Positions 19,386-25,896 of a DNA stretch of 32,000 nt are shown in pieces. The DNA is from Thermosulfurimonas dismutans (GTDB lineage: Bacteria; Desulfobacterota; Thermodesulfobacteria; Thermodesulfobacteriales; Thermodesulfobacteriaceae): the NCBI RefSeq assembly GCF_001652585.1, contig NZ_LWLG01000005.1, forward strand, positions 30,001 through 62,000. The letters run 5' to 3'. How positions within the stretch are numbered: position 1 is the first letter of the stretch; every line of letters begins with the position of its first letter. The notes beneath the pieces are model-generated. The model was given only the letters and a program-made list of their open reading frames with translations, was not told the DNA's origin and did not search any database. A program made the position numbers and the translations under genes.

Positions 19386-19842
19386 CCTTGCCCTCCTTTT
19401 TGGGAGCAGTCTTTTTCTTCACTGCCTTTTTGGCTGGAGGTTTGACTTCCTTCACTGCTAGGGCCTCGTTCGGACAGGCCGAAACGCAGTAAGGCTTTTC
19501 CCCTCCGGCCACCCGATCTTTACAGAGATCACATTTGTTTATCTTCCCTGTATGAGGATTAAACCTCGGCACTCCCCACGGACAAGCATAAACACAATTC
19601 ACACAGCCTACGCAAAGATCGCTTATCACGACAACCACTTCATTTTCACGGCGCATAGCTCCGGTAGGACAGACCTCCGCACATTGAGGCCGCTTGCACT
19701 GCATACAGGAAAAATAGGCAAAAGCCTTTCCGACCTTAAGAATTTGACAGTTGGCTACCCCTTCGTGGGTCTCGGCACAGGCCGAAATACAAGAAAAACA
19801 ACCATCACATTTTTCATAATTATGTTCTACTGTGTACGGCAT
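19360..19842 (-). CDS. Four-cluster [4Fe-4S] ferredoxin-like protein (DmsB/NrfC/HybA-type fold) with a Lys-rich C-terminal tail; first gene of the nuo operon
   Basis: Four Cys groups are present: CDGCFSCISAC, CMQCKRPQCAEVCP, CVGCVNCVYACP and CDLCKDRVAGGEKPYCVSACP. The tail is [27 protein letters not shown]. The 3' end overlaps nuoA by 26 nt. ATG 19842 (MPYTV...) is preferred, because the TTG at 19878 coincides with a TTGACT -35-like hexamer. Confidence 0.8.
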   Translation of the reverse strand: MPYTVEHNYEKCDGCFSCISACAETHEGVANCQILKVGKAFAYFSCMQCKRPQCAEVCPTGAMRRENEVVVVISDLCVGCVNCVYACPWGVPRFNPHTGKINKCDLCKDRVAGGEKPYCVSACPNEALAVKEVKPPAKKAVKKKTAPKKEGKGGGAGASQ

Positions 19843-19908
19843 GGCCTTATTTATGCCTAAAACCGAAAATAAAGTCAAGCGTAAAGTTTTTTGATTGCTC
19901 AGCCTTGT

Positions 19909-19944
19909 GGGAAAAAATTCCTCTTTTAGTGGGAATTTTCTCCC
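19909..19944 (-). terminator. Long hairpin downstream of scpA and upstream of the ferredoxin-nuo promoter region (possible terminator or insulator)
   Basis: The minus strand reads GGGAGAAAATTCC-cactaaaaga-GGAATTTTTTCCC, a 13-bp stem (one G.U) with a 10-nt loop, starting 8 nt after the scpA stop. It has no clear U-tract, so function is uncertain. Confidence 0.3.
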
Positions 19945-19951
19945 CGGAAGT

Positions 19952-20623
19952 TTAAAGTTCTTCTGTTCTTAATAAGATCTCTATCTCCCCCCAGGGGAGG
20001 TTTTGAATAAGCCGACAAAATTCTCGGAACGAAAGTTCAAGAAGAGCCAGAAATAAAGCTAATTTTTCCAGTTTTCCACTTAAATTCTCGGCCATCTCTC
20101 CATACGTAGTCTTTTTCTTGTTCTCCAGTTCCTTCACAACTATAGTGAGCATTTTTTTGAATAGGGGTTCCAGGCGTTTCACTTCCACTACCGGAGGGTT
20201 TAATCTCTCCAAAGTTCTTAAAAGGGCCGTTATCAAGGCGCTCAAATCAACTTCAAGGTCCGGATCAGGAGGAGATAGACCCGGGGCACAAAAAACATCC
20301 CGTCCCAAGACCTCTAAATTCTCAAGCACTTTCCCGATACCAACCATATTTTTGGCTTCCTCTGGGGGCCTAGAATCCTCAGAGGCCTCTTCCGGAGGAG
20401 GATCTTCCCTAGGAAGAAGAAGTTTACTTTTGAGATAGATTAGGTAGGAAGTCAGGCGCAGATATTCTCCGGCCTTTTCCAGATTCTCGGGAAGCAAAGC
20501 CTCGAGGTGGGTGAGATAGGCCCTCGAAAGAGAAGCCAGATCAAAACCTAAAATCTCAGAGGGGCTACTCTTTATCTCTCGCCAGATATTTTCGTAAACT
20601 TCAGGGAGGTTTTCGGTCACCAT
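19952..20623 (-). CDS. scpA: Segregation and condensation protein A (kleisin ScpA)
   Basis: ScpA signature segments are present: AGEYLRLTSYLIYLKSKLLLPRE (central helix followed by an acidic/Pro linker) and the C-terminal winged-helix segment KLALFLALLELSFREFCRLIQNLPWGEIEIL. The N-terminus looks somewhat short. Confidence 0.7.
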   Translation of the reverse strand: MVTENLPEVYENIWREIKSSPSEILGFDLASLSRAYLTHLEALLPENLEKAGEYLRLTSYLIYLKSKLLLPREDPPPEEASEDSRPPEEAKNMVGIGKVLENLEVLGRDVFCAPGLSPPDPDLEVDLSALITALLRTLERLNPPVVEVKRLEPLFKKMLTIVVKELENKKKTTYGEMAENLSGKLEKLALFLALLELSFREFCRLIQNLPWGEIEILLRTEEL

Positions 20624-20645
20624 ATCTCTTAAATAAACCTAAATC

Positions 20646-20663
20646 AATTGACTTAAGTCAATT
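20646..20663. promoter_or_regulatory. Perfect 18-bp palindrome AATTGACTTAAGTCAATT in the scpA / octahaem-cytochrome divergent intergenic region (FNR/CRP-type TTGAC-N4-GTCAA architecture)
   Basis: Read directly from the sequence. Positions 20646-20654 are the exact reverse complement of 20655-20663. The half-sites TTGAC/GTCAA have the 5-4-5 geometry of CRP/FNR-family boxes. Each half also reads as a TTGACT -35-like hexamer facing outward. Confidence 0.45.
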
Positions 20664-20739
20664 TCGGTCGTAGTTTCTTATGATAAGAGAAGTTTCCAAA
20701 ATTTTAAAGAGGAGGGATGGGTATGGCCCGATTAAAGGG

Positions 20740-21972
20740 ATGGAGAATTGGATTTTTGGGATTTTTTGGGTTTTTATTCGTATTTTTTTGTCAGTTTCAA
20801 CGGTTCAGGCCAGGCCTTCCAAGTGTGAAGAATGTCACCAAAAGGTTACCCCTGGCATAGTCAAGGATTTCAACCGTTCTAAAATGGCTAAGAAACTTAC
20901 CTGTGCCACCTGCCATGGCAAGTCTCACATGAGCGAAAACGATACGGACAAGGCCAAATTGCCCACTATCGAGACCTGTAAGCGCTGTCATGCCAAGCAA
21001 GCCAAACAGTATATGTCCGGCAAGCACTTTCTGGGCTGGATAGCCATGAACGCTATGCCCACCACTCACATGCAGCCCAGTCCGGTAAACAAGGGACGCA
21101 AAGGTTGCGGTGGATGCCACTCTTTGGGAGCTACCAAGGAAGCCAAAAAAGATCCTTATTATCCCAAGTACGCTATGGACTGTCAGAACTGCCACACCCG
21201 GCACGCCTTCTCGGTGGAGGAGGCCCGGGAACCCGAGGCCTGCATGACCTGCCACATGGGGTTTGACCATCCACAGTGGGAGATGTGGTCTACCTCCAAG
21301 CACGGGGCGGCCTACGTGATCGACCGGCTGCTCGGGCGTCCCATTGAAGATCGTCGTGGGCCCCGTTGCCAGACCTGTCACATGCCAAACGGCGACCACC
21401 GGGTGATGACCGCCTGGGGATTCCTCGGCCTCCGGGTTCCCGAGGACGACAAGGAGTGGTGGAACTACCGGGTGACCATCCTCAAGGGACTCCATGTGCT
21501 CACTCCGGACGGCAAGTTCACCGAGCGGCTGGATGTAGTGAAGGCTGGGAAGGTAGTCCGTCTCACCAAGGAGGAATGGCAGGCCGAAAGGGATCGCATG
21601 ATAAAGGTCTGCACGCAGTGTCACAACATCAACTTCGTTAAGGAGCAGCTCCAGCAGGCCGACATGATGCTCAAGGAGGCGGACAAGATCTTTGCCGAGG
21701 CCATCGAGATCGTGGCCGATCTGGCCCGGGATGGCATTATTAAACATGACGACGGCAATCCCTATCCTGATCTCCTGAGGTTCTATGAAACCCCTTACGA
21801 GATCGAGCAGAAGCTCTACCTCATGTTCATGGAATACCGCATGAGGACCTTCCAGGGGGCCTTTCACATGAACCCGGATTATTCCCACTGGTATGGCTGG
21901 GCGGAGATGAAAAAGACTCTGGTCGAGATAAAAGAGCTGGCCAAGGAGATGAGGGAGAAGGCCGGGAAATAA
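20740..21972 (+). CDS. hao: Octahaem cytochrome c of the hydroxylamine oxidoreductase (HAO) family; short form without a C-terminal membrane anchor
   Basis: Eight CXXCH motifs are present: CEECH, CATCH, CKRCH, CGGCH, CQNCH, CMTCH, CQTCH, CTQCH. The block CQNCHTRHAFSVEEAREPEACMTCHMGFDHPQWEMWSTSKHG and CQTCHMPNGDHRVMTAWGFLGLR match my recollection of HAO-family conserved regions. The N-terminus is hydrophobic, with VQA|RP. The start is uncertain (20680, 20740, or a frame-shifted 20723; see findings). Confidence 0.65.
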   Translation: MENWIFGIFWVFIRIFLSVSTVQARPSKCEECHQKVTPGIVKDFNRSKMAKKLTCATCHGKSHMSENDTDKAKLPTIETCKRCHAKQAKQYMSGKHFLGWIAMNAMPTTHMQPSPVNKGRKGCGGCHSLGATKEAKKDPYYPKYAMDCQNCHTRHAFSVEEAREPEACMTCHMGFDHPQWEMWSTSKHGAAYVIDRLLGRPIEDRRGPRCQTCHMPNGDHRVMTAWGFLGLRVPEDDKEWWNYRVTILKGLHVLTPDGKFTERLDVVKAGKVVRLTKEEWQAERDRMIKVCTQCHNINFVKEQLQQADMMLKEADKIFAEAIEIVADLARDGIIKHDDGNPYPDLLRFYETPYEIEQKLYLMFMEYRMRTFQGAFHMNPDYSHWYGWAEMKKTLVEIKELAKEMREKAGK

Positions 21973-22001
21973 ACGGATAAATAACTTAGATAGAAATGTT
22001 C

Positions 22002-22034
22002 AGGGCGGGCTTTTAGCCCGCCCTTTTTGATTTT
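22002..22034 (+). terminator. Rho-independent terminator of the octahaem cytochrome gene
   Basis: AGGGCGGGC-tttta-GCCCGCCCT gives a 9-bp GC-rich stem. It is followed by TTTTTGATTTT and starts 30 nt after the stop codon. Confidence 0.8.
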
Positions 22035-22264
22035 AAAATTTTGAATTCTAAGCTTGGTACAGTTCAGAAGACCCAATTGTCCATCAAGAAAGAGCCTGTC
22101 CAAATTGTTAAACAAGTCCTTAATGAGTATTGCATAACTTACGAAATTACCGAAAAATTATAAAAAATACGAGGCCACGGAGCCGGGTCTGGGCTGAAGG
22201 ATTTATTTCATCCCCAGCAAGGGAATGCGCCCCTATCCCGATAGGGAAATTCCGAAAGATGGGG

Positions 22265-22708
22265 TTACTTTTTTGAGGCCGCGAGGTGCACTTTTTTGAA
22301 GCAACGGTTCATGATCACCGTAAGGCCACCGCGCCGGGCGATCTCGGCAGCCTCCTCACTCACGATGCCTTCTTGAAGCCAGAGAACTTTAGCCCCTATT
22401 TTCACGGCCTCTTCGGCTATAGGGGGCACCTGGTCGGCCCGGCGAAAGACGATCACCACCTCCGGGCGCTCACTCTCCGGGATATCCGAAAGTGAGGGGT
22501 AGCAGGTCCGGTCCAAGATCTCGGTCTGGCCGGGGTTCACAGGCACAACCTCGAAACCCTGCTCCAGGAGATACTTCATGACCTGGTGGCTGGGTCTTTC
22601 CGGCTTGGGGCTTGCACCCACAATGGCCAGGCGCCGGTAAGTCTTAACAATCTTCAGCGCCTCCGGCTCAATGTGAGAATAGTCTGGAAGCTCGCAGGCT
22701 TGAGACAT
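22265..22708 (-). CDS. CoA-binding domain protein (YccU/YneT-like)
   Basis: A 147-aa protein with a Rossmann-like motif RRLAIVGASPKPERPSHQVMKYLLEQGFEVVPVNP and ...KVLWLQEGIVSEEAAEIARRGGLTVIMNRC, typical of stand-alone CoA_binding_2 proteins. It has a GGAGG SD and starts 2 nt after the tpiA stop. Confidence 0.75.
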   Translation of the reverse strand: MSQACELPDYSHIEPEALKIVKTYRRLAIVGASPKPERPSHQVMKYLLEQGFEVVPVNPGQTEILDRTCYPSLSDIPESERPEVVIVFRRADQVPPIAEEAVKIGAKVLWLQEGIVSEEAAEIARRGGLTVIMNRCFKKVHLAASKK

Positions 22709-22710
22709 TC

Positions 22711-23466
22711 CTAACCTCCATACCTCACGATCCGGGCAAAGGTTTCGGGATCAAGCGAGGCTCCGCCCACCAGGGCCCCGTCCACATCGGACTGGGCCAT
22801 GAGCTCGGCAATGTTTTCCGGTTTGACGCTTCCGCCGTAAAGGATGCGGGTCTTTTCCGCAAAATCTTTCCCGAAGAGTTCACCAAGGAGCCCCCTCACA
22901 TACCTGTGGGCCTCTTCGGCCTGCTCCGGAGTAGCGGTCTTGCCGGTCCCAATGGCCCAAACCGGCTCATAGGCGATCACCAGAACCTTGAGGTCGTCAG
23001 CCGAAAAGCCGGAAAGAGCTTCCCGGACCTGCCTTTCAAGAACCTCAAAGGTCTTTCCGGCCTCTCTCTCCTCCAGGGTCTCTCCGATGCAAAGAATGGG
23101 TCTAAGGCCTGCCGAAAGCACCCCCTCTAGTCTTCGCCTTATCATCTCGTCTGTTTCCCCGAAGATGTGCCGCCTTTCTGAATGCCCTAGGATAACATAC
23201 TGCACTCCGCACTCTTTGAGCATTGCCGGAGAGATCTCCCCGGTGAAGGCCCCAGATTCCGCCCAGTGGGCGTTCTGGGCCCCGAGTTTAATATTGGTCC
23301 CAGAGATCTCCTGCCCTGCAGCGTAAAGGGCCGTAAAGGGTGGAGCGATCATGATCTCCCGGTCGGTTATCCCTGAGACCAGTTCCCTAAAGCGGCGGAT
23401 GTAGTCCAGAGTTTCAGCCACGGTTTTATGCATCTTCCAGTTTCCGGCAATGAGCGGCTTGCGCAT
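22711..23466 (-). CDS. tpiA: Triosephosphate isomerase
   Basis: Motifs MRKPLIAGNWKMHKT, ILGHSERR, AYEPVWAIGTGKTATPEQAEE and YGGSVKPEN. A GGGAGG SD is present. Confidence 0.95.
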   Translation of the reverse strand: MRKPLIAGNWKMHKTVAETLDYIRRFRELVSGITDREIMIAPPFTALYAAGQEISGTNIKLGAQNAHWAESGAFTGEISPAMLKECGVQYVILGHSERRHIFGETDEMIRRRLEGVLSAGLRPILCIGETLEEREAGKTFEVLERQVREALSGFSADDLKVLVIAYEPVWAIGTGKTATPEQAEEAHRYVRGLLGELFGKDFAEKTRILYGGSVKPENIAELMAQSDVDGALVGGASLDPETFARIVRYGG

Positions 23467-23534
23467 AAATCCTCCCTTACGCCTCCAATCTTTTTACACG
23501 GTAAGTTTAGCAAGAAGTTGTGATTAGTCCACCA

Positions 23535-25859
23535 TCAAAAATTTATGATCCCTAAGGCCTTTCTCAGGCTCACCAGGGCGTCGCCGATGGTGATCTGGCC
23601 GTCAGGCTGAGGCGTTCCGTCCGCCCCAAGCGGCGCCACATCCGCATGACACCGGTCCTCCTCACTCGGCGTCTCAAGCCCCAGGGCGAACCTTAAGGTC
23701 ACCAGGGCGTCGCCGATATTCACCTGTCCGTCCCGTGACCCTAGTGGAGCCACATCTCCGTCGGGGGTACATTCTAGCCCGTTTTTGCACTCACCGGTAT
23801 AGGCCACATTTACTCCTGCAAGATGGGCCTCGCAAGCGTTGGCATAGGTGCGCCCATCGCATCCGCAAACCGGATCATATACTTGTATACAGGCCTCTGG
23901 AAAAGGAACACATATTCCTGAACCACCACAACCGTCCTTCCGCCAGCAGAATTCCCCTGTTCTGCAATCCTGATTCAGAAAACAACCTGAACTTACTTTT
24001 ATGGTAACTATCGCCGATTTGTCTACCGCGTTTTCCTCATCCCTGACCTCACAATAGGCTGCATATTCTCCGGCTTCGTAATAAACATGAGTAAAATTCC
24101 CGCTTTCGTTTTCCTCCACCTCTCCATCCCCGAAATACACCGCATATCTTTCTATCCTTCCATCCTCATCTCTAGCCCTGCATCCAAACTTTACCTCAAG
24201 CGGGAGTTTACCTTCTGTAGGTTTAACCGAAAATTCCAAAATCTCCGGAGGCCGGTTTACTGACTTCACCATAAGGTTAATAGGAGAGGAATAATCACTC
24301 CAGGCCCCTTTATCATCCTTTACCTTGCACTTCGCAGTATAATTGCCAGGAAATATATATGTATAAGTAGAAATTTCTTCCCCAGATCGGATGATCGTTC
24401 CGTTTCCAGTATCAATAGCATATTCCACTACTCGTCCATCTGGATCGTGTGCTCTGCAGGTAAAAATAACCGTAAGCGGGGCCGAACCAGAAGCAGGTTC
24501 TGCGCTAAAGGAATCGATCACCGGTGGTTGATTGGGAGGTAAAAACTCTCTGGTCATAGCCACATAGGGAGCAGTTCGTCGGATGGTCTCCGCATTGCGT
24601 GTCTGTAAATCCCCGATGGGAACATTATCTAAGATCTGGTATTTTGTAGAGATATGGTCAATAATTCGATTGTCAGAAAAATATGGTATAGTCGGAGAAC
24701 AATAAGACATGATCGTACCGTATCCGTCTCCGCAATATCCATAACTGAAATCATAAACAGTCTGACCAGTAGCATGTTCTCTATCATGGTTACATCCCAG
24801 GTTGTGCCCAACCTCATGTATCAGAGTTGTCTGGTCACAATAATAAATACCGGTGCTTCCCACCTCTACCAAGGCTCTAAATAGTTTCTTCCGGTAGTAC
24901 TCGAGATAAGGGGAAGTAAAAATGTCTTCAGTATCGGGGATAAAGGCCATTCCACAACTCTCGTCCGAAGAGGTAAATTTCCTAAAAAGAACCGCTACAT
25001 CAGCGCCAGTCTCTTCAAGCCATTGAGGAAGAGCCGCAAATTCCTCCGTACCTTCGAACATTTTGCCCAGTACCGCTTCCATATCTTCATCTTCCGAGGT
25101 CTCAACCTTCCTGTAACCCACCGGTCTTAGAGAGACGTTGGTTTCACTATTTTCTAGAACTACGTTGGCAAAGTCAAAGAGGTTCTCAAGAACGGCTACC
25201 ACTCCGTCCTTTCCGTGTTCGTCCTCAAGCCCCGGCGTATAGAGAGCGAGAACGTCTATGACTACCGATGATCCCCCGGAGGCCAGAACTGGAAGCCCCC
25301 CTTTTAACCTCGACTTCGAAACTGGCTTTGCATCCGTTTCCGGCCCTTTGGAGGGCGTCGGTCTTTCCGGTGGGGGGGGAGGAACCGCCGGCCGGTCGGG
25401 GAGCCGCTGTAAGCCAGTAGTCTCCACCAGTACACCGAAATTTTCTGTATCTATGGGTTTGATTCGAAAACTGCGTCTCCCTAACCGTAAAGTTCCGGCG
25501 AGCCTTCCTTTTACCACCGTGAGCACTATCGTTCCGCCGCGGTACTCACCTTCTACAATTCTCCCAATCCATTTGGCACTGTCTCCTTTGATCTTTACTC
25601 GCCTAGTAACCGCATAAAAACTCTGGCCTCTGATTTCAAATCTGACAGGATCTCCAGAATGAATGGTTTTTAAAAGTTCAATATTTATTTTTACCAGAGT
25701 TGACCCCGTTCCTACTTTATCTCTAATATTCTTAGGCATAGAAGAAAATGGAAGCGTAATAAGAAGAGGAGTGTCTTCACTCCAGACGGGAGTCTGAAGG
25801 CAAACCAAACTAACTAGACCAAACAAAACCCATCTGCATAAAATCCTGCTCATCAACAT
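23535..25859 (-). CDS. Secreted multidomain metzincin: signal peptide, reprolysin (M12B)-like Zn-protease, 2x PKD, Cys-rich Kazal-like domain, C-terminal dockerin-like module
   Basis: - Zinc site HEVGHNLGCNHD, with a downstream Met-turn candidate GTIMSY.
- Two PKD-like repeats (SGSAPLTVIFTCRAHDPDGRVVEYAIDTGNG..., EGKLPLEVKFGCRARDEDGRIERYAVYFGDG...).
- Kazal-like CIQVYDPVCGCDGRTYANACEAHLAGVNVAYTGEC.
- The C-terminal 78 aa are shared with two neighbouring genes.
- ATG 25859 (MLMSRILCRWVLFGLVSLVCLQTPVWS, GAGAGGGG SD) is preferred over the TTG at 25880. Confidence 0.8.
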   Translation of the reverse strand: MLMSRILCRWVLFGLVSLVCLQTPVWSEDTPLLITLPFSSMPKNIRDKVGTGSTLVKINIELLKTIHSGDPVRFEIRGQSFYAVTRRVKIKGDSAKWIGRIVEGEYRGGTIVLTVVKGRLAGTLRLGRRSFRIKPIDTENFGVLVETTGLQRLPDRPAVPPPPPERPTPSKGPETDAKPVSKSRLKGGLPVLASGGSSVVIDVLALYTPGLEDEHGKDGVVAVLENLFDFANVVLENSETNVSLRPVGYRKVETSEDEDMEAVLGKMFEGTEEFAALPQWLEETGADVAVLFRKFTSSDESCGMAFIPDTEDIFTSPYLEYYRKKLFRALVEVGSTGIYYCDQTTLIHEVGHNLGCNHDREHATGQTVYDFSYGYCGDGYGTIMSYCSPTIPYFSDNRIIDHISTKYQILDNVPIGDLQTRNAETIRRTAPYVAMTREFLPPNQPPVIDSFSAEPASGSAPLTVIFTCRAHDPDGRVVEYAIDTGNGTIIRSGEEISTYTYIFPGNYTAKCKVKDDKGAWSDYSSPINLMVKSVNRPPEILEFSVKPTEGKLPLEVKFGCRARDEDGRIERYAVYFGDGEVEENESGNFTHVYYEAGEYAAYCEVRDEENAVDKSAIVTIKVSSGCFLNQDCRTGEFCWRKDGCGGSGICVPFPEACIQVYDPVCGCDGRTYANACEAHLAGVNVAYTGECKNGLECTPDGDVAPLGSRDGQVNIGDALVTLRFALGLETPSEEDRCHADVAPLGADGTPQPDGQITIGDALVSLRKALGIINF
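23538..23771 (-). repeat. Dockerin-like module, copy 1 (C-terminal; 78 codons; two internally duplicated segments)
   Basis: CTPDGDVAPLGSRDGQVNIGDALVTLRFALGLETPSEEDRCHADVAPLGADGTPQPDGQITIGDALVSLRKALGIINF. The internal duplication shows at the DNA level: the 18-mer caccagggcgtcgccgat occurs at 23571-23588 and again at 23700-23717. Confidence 0.8.
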
Positions 25860-25896
25860 AGAACCCCTCTCATCATACAAGACTTCTTAACTAATC

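Noticed and set aside
19843-19878. Upstream TTG start (19878) for the nuo-linked ferredoxin and upstream starts for nuoB (19134), nuoM (12345), the protease (25880), the IS256 transposase (28911) and the IS5 transposase (25964).
   Set aside because: In each case a downstream ATG has a better-placed SD and gives a family-typical N-terminus. Several of the upstream codons lie inside the preceding gene or in promoter-like hexamers. The exact starts remain predictions.
20797-21888. Long antisense ORFs opposite well-supported genes. Examples: 363 aa opposite the octahaem cytochrome; 1170..1958 (262 aa) opposite acsB/acsC; 10831..11487, 11614..12045 and 13219..13680 opposite nuoM/nuoL; 15802..16278 opposite nuoH; 18526..19050 opposite nuoB; 29934..30581 opposite the beta-helix gene.
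   Set aside because: These are shadow ORFs. They have no SD or start context and show biased, low-complexity composition (R/G/P/H/S-rich). Each is fully nested opposite a gene with strong family motifs.
22043-22060. Cluster of restriction sites GAATTC-TAAGCTT-GGTAC (EcoRI, HindIII, near-KpnI) just after the hao terminator, reminiscent of a cloning polylinker.
   Set aside because: It is only 18 nt long, the KpnI site is incomplete, and there is no other vector-like sequence nearby. It is most likely coincidence in an AT-rich spacer.
22035-22264. 230-bp non-coding gap between the convergent hao and CoA-binding/tpiA units. It contains a small hairpin CCCTATC-CCG-ATAGGG (about 22233-22248) and loosely repeated AATTGT..CAAG strings. 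One 10-mer (ACCCAATTGT, about 22071-22080) matches the IS256 IR. I considered an sRNA, a riboswitch or an IS remnant.
   Set aside because: The region has no convincing promoter-plus-terminator pair, no cloverleaf or known riboswitch core that I can recognise, and no second IR. The 10-mer match is within chance expectation for this window. It is worth an Rfam scan, but I cannot support a call.
8967-23466. secG lies 13 kb from tpiA, although the two are adjacent in many bacteria. I considered whether the intervening nuo/scpA/hao block is an insertion.
   Set aside because: I saw no IS ends, integrase, tRNA or direct repeats bordering the block. Its genes are core housekeeping genes with the same SD style. 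This is ordinary synteny variation.
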